Part shown: in pieces, positions 25,381 through 32,357 of the stretch
Layout: every line of letters begins with the position of its first letter
Position numbering within the stretch: position 1 is the stretch's first letter
Assembly: GCA_050247355.1 (NCBI GenBank)
Contig: JBFWUK010000008.1
Location: forward strand, 114,358 to 178,357
Direction: 5' to 3'
DNA: 64,000 nucleotides
DNA from: Vicinamibacterales bacterium
Lineage (GTDB): Bacteria > Acidobacteriota > Vicinamibacteria > Vicinamibacterales > UBA2999
The notes under the pieces: generated by a model
Told to the model about the DNA's origin: nothing
The model's database searches: none
What the model saw: only the letters and a program-made list of their open reading frames with translations
Program-made: the position numbers and the translations under genes

Positions 25381-25419
25381 TCCCCCGCGGCGAACCCCGA
25401 CCGGGTCCGGAGCCGTCCG

Positions 25420-26151
25420 TCAGACATCAGGCGTGGTCCGGCCGAGGGCCTTCTTGATCGTTCGCAGCAGGCCAGGTTCGTTGCGAACGTCGTCAAGGTG
25501 TTCGAGCAGCGCCAGCGCCTCAGTGATGGTCGAGACCGGCCGTACACCGAGTCGCCTGGCCCCGGCGGGCACGTCCTTCAAGTGGCCGTGCCAGACCAGG
25601 ATCACCTTGGCCTTGGACTCCACGGCGATGTCGAGGCAGTTCTCGGGGCGGTCGTCGACGAACGCGTCGAGGTGGAGCGCATCGGCGATCTTGCCTCGCG
25701 AGCGCTGCACCACCATCACGCTGGGGTAGAGGAAGCCATGGGCGTCGAGCCATCGCTGCGACTGCAGTTGCGTGATCTCCCCGGCGGTCGACGGCCTGGT
25801 GGTCAGAAAGATGACCTCCCAGCGGCGTTCGTGGGCGGCCTTGGCAATCCTCGCGATGATGCCGGGTTCCAGTTCCGGAAGCCGCGTCCAGAAATTCTCG
25901 ATCTGCTTGACATGATCCCACAACTGCATCTGCTGTCGCGCCGACAGGTGCAGTTCCTCCATCGCCGCGGCGCTCGAGTCGTCTTCAGGAGTCTGTGGTG
26001 CCTCTTCGGCGCCATCCGGACTGGGAGGCGCCTTCTTGTAGGCCGACTTCGCCAGCACTTCCTCGCCGAACAGCTTGACGGCCTCCTCGTGCAGCGCAGA
26101 ATACATGTCGGCGACGGTGCCGTCGAGATCGAAGCCTATTCGTAGCGGCAT
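25420..26151 (-). CDS. HAD-superfamily hydrolase (5'-nucleotidase-like)
   Basis: Start moved to ATG 26151 (MPLRIGFDLDGTVADM, the DxDGT motif). TAATG overlap with the fcl stop. The longer ORF 25420..26664 would overlap fcl out of frame. Confidence 0.65.
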   Translation of the reverse strand: MPLRIGFDLDGTVADMYSALHEEAVKLFGEEVLAKSAYKKAPPSPDGAEEAPQTPEDDSSAAAMEELHLSARQQMQLWDHVKQIENFWTRLPELEPGIIARIAKAAHERRWEVIFLTTRPSTAGEITQLQSQRWLDAHGFLYPSVMVVQRSRGKIADALHLDAFVDDRPENCLDIAVESKAKVILVWHGHLKDVPAGARRLGVRPVSTITEALALLEHLDDVRNEPGLLRTIKKALGRTTPDV

Positions 26152-27116
26152 TATGAAACGGCGACTCCCCTGGCGCGGTCGTGGTGCTGGAGAAACCAGT
26201 CGTAGGTGCCCTCTATTCCCTCGCCAAGCGACGTTCGGTGGCGCCAGCCCAGCGCGTGCAACCGGGTGACGTCTAGTAGCTTGCGCGGGGTCCCGTCCGG
26301 CTTCGTCGTGTCGTAGACTAGGGTCGCGCCGGGGTGGACGATGCGGCGGACCATGTCGGCGAGTGCGGAGATGGCAACTTCCTCGCCGGTGCCGATGTTG
26401 ATGTGCATGGCCGCCTCGTAGCGTTGCATCAGGAACACGCACGCATCGGCCAGGTCGTCGACGTGCAGGAACTCGCGGCGCGGCGAGCCGGTGCCCCAAA
26501 TCGTCACTTCCGTTCGACCCTCCATCTTCGCGTCGTGGAACTTGCGAATCATCGCCGGCAGTACGTGCGAGCTGGTGAGGTCGAAGTTGTCGTGCGGACC
26601 ATAGAGATTGGTCGGCATCGCGGAAATGAAATCGCTGCCGTACTGGGTGCGGTAGGCCTGGCACAGCTTGATGCCGGCGATCTTGGCAATGGCGTACGCC
26701 TCGTTCGTCGGCTCCAGTTGTCCGGTCAGCAACGCCTCTTCAGGCATGGGCTGCGGGCAATTGCGCGGGTAGATGCAGGAGCTGCCGAGATACAGGAGCT
26801 TCTTCGTCCCGAACAGGTGTGCGGAGTGCACGACCGTGGCGTGAATCATCATGTTGTCGTAGATGAACTCCGCCGGCCGGGTCGAGTTGGCCACGATGCC
26901 GCCAACCGTGCCTGCTGCCAGGTAGACGAACTCCGGTCGATTGGCGCGGAACCAGTAGTTCACCGCCGCCTGGTCACGCAGGTCGAGCTGGTCCCGCGTG
27001 GCAGTGAGAATGCTGGTGTAACCGAGATGTTCAAGGCGCCGTACGATGGCTGACCCCACCAGGCCACGGTGGCCGGCCACGAAGATCCGCGAGTTGAGGG
27101 TCATTTCAGCCATCAC
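26151..27116 (-). CDS. fcl: GDP-L-fucose synthase
   Basis: 321 aa. FVAGHRGLVGSAI Rossmann fold, SSCIYP, YAIAKIAG (YxxxK), MPTNLYGPHDNF. Confidence 0.9.
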   Translation of the reverse strand: MMAEMTLNSRIFVAGHRGLVGSAIVRRLEHLGYTSILTATRDQLDLRDQAAVNYWFRANRPEFVYLAAGTVGGIVANSTRPAEFIYDNMMIHATVVHSAHLFGTKKLLYLGSSCIYPRNCPQPMPEEALLTGQLEPTNEAYAIAKIAGIKLCQAYRTQYGSDFISAMPTNLYGPHDNFDLTSSHVLPAMIRKFHDAKMEGRTEVTIWGTGSPRREFLHVDDLADACVFLMQRYEAAMHINIGTGEEVAISALADMVRRIVHPGATLVYDTTKPDGTPRKLLDVTRLHALGWRHRTSLGEGIEGTYDWFLQHHDRARGVAVS

Positions 27117-27337
27117 TGAATTCTAGGTTACGCGTTTACGGCCGCCAGGCCGCCAGCATGCTGGCATAGTTGCCAAGTGTCTTTCAAGTCATATATTGGC
27201 GTGTCGTATATGACTCTATGTGCCTTTCGGGATCCGTGCTTGCCAACCCGTGCATACCTTATCGGCAGACGAGGGTGCGAATCGGCATGTCGTGAGCCGG
27301 TCAGGCTGCATTTCGCACCTTACCGGTTGAGGACGAC

Positions 27338-28006
27338 ATGTTCAGAATCTCAACCACCTGCATCACGGTCTTGCTGCTGTTCTCCTCCCTGGCGCAGGCG
27401 CAAGCCTCGGATCCGCCCAAGTGGGACTTTGCGGCTACCAGCGGCCTGTACGAGCATCAGCCGGGCCCCCGGGACGCCCAGGGTTACGGCGACTACTGGT
27501 TTGCAACCTGGAAGAGCGGCGCAACCCTGGGGCGGTATTGGACACCGCACTTCAAGACGGAGATCGAGCTGGCCACGACGGGCGAGGGCCGGCGTTGGAG
27601 CCAGCGGTTCGCCGTCGTTCCCGGCACCACTGGGCCGGTCCCTTACGGGGTGGACGAGTACTTCCGTTTCACCCAGGGCTCGGTGCGAGCCGTCTGGCAG
27701 TTCTTCGACAACCAATGGATTCATCCCTATCTGCTGGCAGGTGTCGCGGTGGACGCGGAGCGCCGGCGGGAGGTCACCCACGATCCATACCTTTACACCG
27801 GCGACGGCCGGCTGCCGGGAGTCCTTGTGCCGGTGCCCCAACAGTATGCGTCTCCGGCCACCACCTTCAACTCCGGCATCGAGGTTGGCGGTGGGGCGAA
27901 GCTGTATTTCACGTCGAACGTGTTCGCCAACACCACACTCGTGATCAAACGGGCGAAACCGGCAACGAGTGTCAGTTGGGTCGGCGGATTGGGAATCGAT
28001 TTTTGA
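27338..28006 (+). CDS. Putative small outer-membrane beta-barrel protein
   Basis: 222 aa. Signal peptide ...FSSLAQAQA. Alternating aromatic/hydrophobic strands. C-terminal ...GGLGIDF with terminal Phe. Confidence 0.5.
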   Translation: MFRISTTCITVLLLFSSLAQAQASDPPKWDFAATSGLYEHQPGPRDAQGYGDYWFATWKSGATLGRYWTPHFKTEIELATTGEGRRWSQRFAVVPGTTGPVPYGVDEYFRFTQGSVRAVWQFFDNQWIHPYLLAGVAVDAERRREVTHDPYLYTGDGRLPGVLVPVPQQYASPATTFNSGIEVGGGAKLYFTSNVFANTTLVIKRAKPATSVSWVGGLGIDF

Positions 28007-28020
28007 GAACGAGGACGGTT

Positions 28021-28389
28021 ATGCGTGCCATTGCTATCGCGGTGATCTGTTCAGTGTTGTCGGCCGGTGCCACCGATGTCTTCGCGCAGGAGGCCGCCGC
28101 GTGGCGGCAAGTGGCGGCCGGCATTCCGCTGGGCTCGAAGGTGAAGGTCCAGACTCTCGACGGGGATCGCATAACGGCGACGCTGATGGGCGTGGACGGC
28201 GAGGGTGTGGTGGTGAAGCGAAACACGCGGCGGCCGGTGGCTGCCGTCACCATCCCCTTCGCCGACATCGCCCGGCTGGAGCGCGACCACGGCAACGGCG
28301 TCAACGTCGGCAAGGCCATCGCCATTGGCCTTGCCGCGGGCGCCGGGGTCATCCTTGGGTTGTTTGCGATTGCGCTGCAGTTTGACTGA
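28021..28389 (+). CDS. Small exported protein with C-terminal TM anchor, unknown function
   Basis: Internal ATG of ORF 27421..28389: MRAIAIAVICSVLSAGATDVFAQ signal, then a Gly/Ala-rich TM segment at the C-terminus. Confidence 0.4.
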   Translation: MRAIAIAVICSVLSAGATDVFAQEAAAWRQVAAGIPLGSKVKVQTLDGDRITATLMGVDGEGVVVKRNTRRPVAAVTIPFADIARLERDHGNGVNVGKAIAIGLAAGAGVILGLFAIALQFD

Positions 28390-28422
28390 TCGGCGCCTGC
28401 ACGCAGCGCGAGCCACTGTGGC

Positions 28423-28463
28423 AGGGTCAGACCCCTCGACACACCGAACTCGGGGTCAGCCCC
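28423..28463. repeat. GGGTCAGACCCC-type palindromes between convergent genes
   Basis: agggtcagacccctcgac (28423-28440) and ggggtcagcccc (28452-28463). Confidence 0.75.
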
Positions 28464-29499
28464 TGATGTCTGCATCCGAAAGATGCGTGTCGGTGGGGAG
28501 GTCACGCGTGGCCGTCTTGCCGAGCAGATCCTCGTATCGTTCCGCCGGAATGGCGCCGGTGCCGGGGCGCTTGACCCACAGGTTCTGCTTCGTAAACGCT
28601 TCACCGGCCCTGATCGCCTGGATGGTCACGACCGTCGCAAACGCGAAGTCCATCGTCACCTGCTCTTCCCGCACCGGGCCCTTGGAGCCGCCCAGCTCGG
28701 CGTGCAGGGTCTTCGCCGCTTCGATCAGCTCGCGACAGCGAATTTCGTCCATGGAGCACACGATGTCGGGGCCGCTACGTTGCATGTGGTCGGTGAAGTG
28801 CCGCTCGACAATCGACCCGCCCAGCGCCATGGCGCCGATGCAGGCGATGTTGTCGGTCGTGTGGTCGGACAGGCCGATGACCGCCTTCGGAAAGGCCTGG
28901 CCGAGCTCGACCATCGCGCCCAGGCGGACCAGGTGCGGTGGTGTCGGGTAGAGGTTGGTGGTGTGCAGCAGCGCGCACGGCGTGCCGGCCTGCTCGAAGA
29001 TCGCCACCGCCTTGGCGACGCTGGCAATCGTGTTCATGCCGGTGCTGAGAATGGTCGGCTTGCCGAACGAGGCGATGTGTTTCAGCAGCGGGTAGTTGTT
29101 GCACTCGCCGGAGCCAATCTTGTAGGCGGGCACCTTCATGCGCTCGAGCCGGTCCGCTGCCGCTCGCGAGAAGGGCGTGCTCATGAAGACCATGCCCTTC
29201 GACTCGACATAATCCTTCAGCGCCCGCTCATCGTCTTCGGAAAGCGCGCACCGCCGCATGATCTCGTAGATCGACACCGTGGCGTTGCCCGGCACCACGT
29301 TCTTGGCCGCACCGCTCATCTCGTCTTCGACGACGTGGGTCTGGTGCTTGACGACCTCGACGCCCGCGCGGGCCGCCGCATCGACCATTTCGCGAGCGAC
29401 CTCGAGGCGGCCCTCGTGGTTGATGCCGATTTCGGCAACGACCAGTGGCACGTGCGCGGGCCCGACCTTGCGGCCGGCGATGATGATTTCTGGCGTCAT
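28456..29499 (-). CDS. neuB: N-acetylneuraminate (sialic/nonulosonic acid) synthase family
   Basis: 347 aa. VVAEIGINHEG N-terminal NeuB motif and a C-terminal SAF domain. The exact sugar cannot be told. Confidence 0.8.
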   Translation of the reverse strand: MTPEIIIAGRKVGPAHVPLVVAEIGINHEGRLEVAREMVDAAARAGVEVVKHQTHVVEDEMSGAAKNVVPGNATVSIYEIMRRCALSEDDERALKDYVESKGMVFMSTPFSRAAADRLERMKVPAYKIGSGECNNYPLLKHIASFGKPTILSTGMNTIASVAKAVAIFEQAGTPCALLHTTNLYPTPPHLVRLGAMVELGQAFPKAVIGLSDHTTDNIACIGAMALGGSIVERHFTDHMQRSGPDIVCSMDEIRCRELIEAAKTLHAELGGSKGPVREEQVTMDFAFATVVTIQAIRAGEAFTKQNLWVKRPGTGAIPAERYEDLLGKTATRDLPTDTHLSDADIRG

Positions 29500-30554
29500 T
29501 CGATAGGCAACCCTAAGGGGTTGCCTCCACCTTTCCGAAAGAAGAAGGCGTCAATCAGCCGCTCGACTTCCCGAATCGTCTTCGCCGCGTTGATGCCGAT
29601 GCGGAACTGCGCTCCGCCCTCGAAGCCTTTCGTGTACCACGCGCACAAGGCGCGGAGTTTGTTGATGACCCAGCGCTCCTTCGAAGCCTCGGCGCGCGGC
29701 GGCGTGGATTGCGCCACCAGATGCCTGAACCCGTCCTGCTCACCCTTCTCGTCGGCCAGCAGCAGCGCCATGTAATCGAGCAGGAACTGGCCGCGCTCTT
29801 CGGCGGCAATCTGGCGGGCGGGCCGGCCGGCCATCAGGTCGCGCGCCTGCGCCAGTATCCAGGGGTTGCGCAACACACCGCGGCCCACGAACACACCGCT
29901 GACACCAGAACGCATGCGCGCGACGATGTCTTCCGGCTCGATGCAGTCGCCCGATCCGAACACCGGAATGCTCACCGCGCGGGCGATGCCGGCGACGACA
30001 TCCCAATCCGCCAACCCGCTGTAGCTTTGCTTGGCGGTGCGACCGTGCACGGCAATCGCCGAAGCGCCGGCCGCCTCGACGTGCTTCGCCAGCTCCGGGG
30101 CGTTGACCTCGCCATCGTCCCATCCCTTGCGCATCTTGACGGTGACCGGGATCTTCACGGCGCGCGTCATCGCGGCGATGATCTCCGCGGCCTGATGCGG
30201 TTCGCGCATCAGGCTGCAGCCGGCGTTGTGCTTGGCGATTTTCGGGACCGGGCAGCCCATGTTGACGTCGACGATGTTCGCGCCCATGGCCTCGACGACG
30301 CGCGCGGCTTCAGCCATCTTGGCCGGCTCGCCGCCGAAGATCTGGATCGAGACGGGGCGTTCTTCCTCGGTGTATTCGGCGTACTCGAGCGTGCGATCGA
30401 TGCCGCGGACCAGGCCCTCGCTGCTGACCATTTCAGAGACCACGAGGCCGCAGCCGCCCTGGCGCTTGACCAGGCGGCGAAAGGCGGTGTCGGTCATGCC
30501 CGCCATGGGCGAGACGACGAACGGCGAGTCGAGTTCGATGCTGCCGATCTTCAT
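29496..30554 (-). CDS. tRNA-dihydrouridine synthase
   Basis: 352 aa. SPMAGMTDTAFRRL, DVNMGCP and VKMRKGWD motifs of the Dus family. ATGA overlap with neuB. C-terminal tail contains a palindromic repeat. Confidence 0.85.
   Translation of the reverse strand: MKIGSIELDSPFVVSPMAGMTDTAFRRLVKRQGGCGLVVSEMVSSEGLVRGIDRTLEYAEYTEEERPVSIQIFGGEPAKMAEAARVVEAMGANIVDVNMGCPVPKIAKHNAGCSLMREPHQAAEIIAAMTRAVKIPVTVKMRKGWDDGEVNAPELAKHVEAAGASAIAVHGRTAKQSYSGLADWDVVAGIARAVSIPVFGSGDCIEPEDIVARMRSGVSGVFVGRGVLRNPWILAQARDLMAGRPARQIAAEERGQFLLDYMALLLADEKGEQDGFRHLVAQSTPPRAEASKERWVINKLRALCAWYTKGFEGGAQFRIGINAAKTIREVERLIDAFFFRKGGGNPLGLPIE
29505..29526. repeat. 22-nt palindrome AGGCAACCCTAAGGGGTTGCCT (family copy 1, in the dus 3' end)
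   Basis: Read on the minus strand as GGC AAC CCC TTA GGG TTG CCT = G N P L G L P, 3 codons before the dus stop. Confidence 0.9.
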
Positions 30555-30698
30555 GCTGCTGCCAGTCGGAATCCGCGCGCGCCGCCAACAACTACCACGC
30601 CGCTCGACAACAGCGTCTGCGTTGCCCGGAGAAAACCGTGGTTGTACACGATCGCCGGTTTTCGGAGGGCAATGCTGACGATGTTTGAGAGCGGCATC

Positions 30699-31190
30699 TC
30701 AATAGGGCTTCACGTCTGAGGCGTCTACTTCCACCGCCACGGCCTGGCCGATCAAGTCAACCGAAAGCACCAGCCGCGCGTGCGCGCCCTTGCGGACCAG
30801 GCGGCCGACCACGCCGCGCAGCGGGCCATGGGTCACCTTGACCATGTCGCCTTCCTTGATCAGCGGCACCGGATCGTACGCCAGTTCGCTTTCCACCAGC
30901 GTCCGGATGCTCTCGATCTCCTGATCGGGAATCGACGACAGCACGCCGTTGTTGCTGATGATCTGGACGACGCCGTCGACCTTCAGGACGCCGATGCGCT
31001 CATCGGGAACGAAACGGGCGAACACGTAACCCGGGAACAAAGGCCAGTCGATCTTCTTCTTGCGATCTTTCCAGTGGCTCCACTTGCCGATGGTCGGCAG
31101 GAAGACCTCGACGTGCTTCTTGGTGAGTTGGTCGCGCACCTGTTTCTCGTGCCGCGACCGCGTCCAGAGGGCAAACCACTGGGGATCCAT
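30699..31190 (-). CDS. NusG paralog (UpxY/RfaH-like transcription antiterminator)
   Basis: NGN WFALWTRSRHEKQVRDQL...FPGYVFA and KOW GDMVKVTHGPLRGVVGRLV. Only ~163 aa, and not in a ribosomal or secE context. ATG 31190 preferred over TTG 31199. Confidence 0.75.
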   Translation of the reverse strand: MDPQWFALWTRSRHEKQVRDQLTKKHVEVFLPTIGKWSHWKDRKKKIDWPLFPGYVFARFVPDERIGVLKVDGVVQIISNNGVLSSIPDQEIESIRTLVESELAYDPVPLIKEGDMVKVTHGPLRGVVGRLVRKGAHARLVLSVDLIGQAVAVEVDASDVKPY

Positions 31191-31193
31191 GTC

Positions 31194-31215
31194 AGGCAAC
31201 CCTAACGGGTTGCCT
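31194..31215. repeat. 22-nt palindrome AGGCAACCCTAACGGGTTGCCT (family copy 2, intergenic)
   Basis: Lies 3 nt upstream of the nusG-like ATG and downstream of the SurA-like stop. Confidence 0.9.
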
Positions 31216-31238
31216 CCGCCGCAAGGTTGGCCTCCATG

Positions 31239-32300
31239 TTACTGGGTCACCGTGCCGCGGAACGTCTTCACGCCCAGATCGTATGCCTTCTTCAAGTCGT
31301 CGTTCTTCCAGTCGATGATCGCTTCGCCGCGCAGGCGCTCGAGGAACTTGTCGAATTCGACCTTGCGCTTGTCGTTGGCAATCTTGTCGGCGATCTCGGA
31401 CTTGGCTTCTTCGAACGACTTGGTCGTCGTGTCCTGCAGGCTTTCGATCCTGATGATCTGGTAGCCGCGGGTCGTGCGCAGCACCGGCGTGACACCGCCC
31501 GCCTTGAGGCCGGCAATCGCCTGTTGCAGTTCGTCGGACAGGTCGGTCTTGGCGAGCGGGCCGACCAGGCCGCCGTTGGCCTTCGAGCCAGAGTCGGAAT
31601 ACTCGGCGGCGAGGCGCGGGAACGGCTCGCCGGCGATGATCTTGGCGCGGACTTCCTCGGCCTTGGCCTTCGCCGCGTCATCGGTGGCGACGTTGATGCC
31701 CTGGGCGCTGACCGGCACATTGACGGTGATCTCGCGCAGCGTCACCTGCGGCACGGTGGCAAACTCGCCCTGGTGCGCATCGTAGTACGCCTTCAGCTCG
31801 GTGTCGGTGACCTGCAGCTTGGCCATCACTTCCTGCTGCTGCACCCGCTGCACGAGCGAGGTCCGCTCCAGCTGCCGGCGCAGGTCGGCCATCGTCATGC
31901 CCTCCTGCTTGAGCGCGGCCTGCAGCGCTTCGTCGGTCTCGATCTTGTTCTCTTTCTTGATGTTCTCGACGATGCTGTTGAACTGCTCGGTCGACATCGA
32001 GAAGCCGAGCTCCTTGCCGCGCTGCACGATCAACAGCTCATCGACCGCGTCGACAATGACCTGCGGGGTGACTTCGATCAACGCCTTCTGCAGCGCTTCG
32101 TCGCTGTCGGGGCGCAGGTTGGGATCGCGCTGGCGCAGGGCCGCGATCTGGCGCTGCTCGAGCTCGGTCTTGGTGACGATCTCGCCGTTCACCTTGACGA
32201 GCACCTGCTCGAGAATCTGCCCGGTCTGGCCCGCCAGCGGCGAGACAAGGGCCGCGACCACCAAACCTACGGCCAACAGGCCGGTCCTTCGTAACTTCAT
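31239..32300 (-). CDS. SurA-like periplasmic chaperone / parvulin PPIase
   Basis: Start moved to ATG 32300 (MKLRRTGLLAVGLVVAALVSPLAG signal). SurA_N-like helical region plus one parvulin domain (...GGLVGPLAKTDL...GYQIIRIES). Confidence 0.75.
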   Translation of the reverse strand: MKLRRTGLLAVGLVVAALVSPLAGQTGQILEQVLVKVNGEIVTKTELEQRQIAALRQRDPNLRPDSDEALQKALIEVTPQVIVDAVDELLIVQRGKELGFSMSTEQFNSIVENIKKENKIETDEALQAALKQEGMTMADLRRQLERTSLVQRVQQQEVMAKLQVTDTELKAYYDAHQGEFATVPQVTLREITVNVPVSAQGINVATDDAAKAKAEEVRAKIIAGEPFPRLAAEYSDSGSKANGGLVGPLAKTDLSDELQQAIAGLKAGGVTPVLRTTRGYQIIRIESLQDTTTKSFEEAKSEIADKIANDKRKVEFDKFLERLRGEAIIDWKNDDLKKAYDLGVKTFRGTVTQ

Positions 32301-32318
32301 GGATCTCCCATTATAGAG

Positions 32319-32346
32319 GCGGGTGGGGCTTGTCGGCCCCACCCGC
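32319..32346 (-). terminator. GC hairpin just 3' of mfd
   Basis: gcgggtggggc-ttgtcg-gccccacccgc: perfect 11-bp stem. No U-tract. On the minus strand it is followed by a TATAAT (32315-32310). Confidence 0.45.
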
Positions 32347-32357
32347 CCCAACCCGCC

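Noticed and set aside
25420-26664. 414-aa version of the HAD hydrolase ORF, extending 513 nt upstream.
   Set aside because: The extension overlaps the 3' part of fcl in another frame and is Arg/Pro/His-rich junk. ATG 26151 gives the canonical DxDGT N-terminus and a TAATG junction with fcl.
27161-27173. TGGCAT-N3-TTGCC as a sigma54 (-24/-12) promoter for the regulon of the NtrC-like activator.
   Set aside because: GG to GC spacing is 9 nt instead of the required 12. I found no properly spaced TGGCAC-N5-TTGC in the intergenic regions I read.
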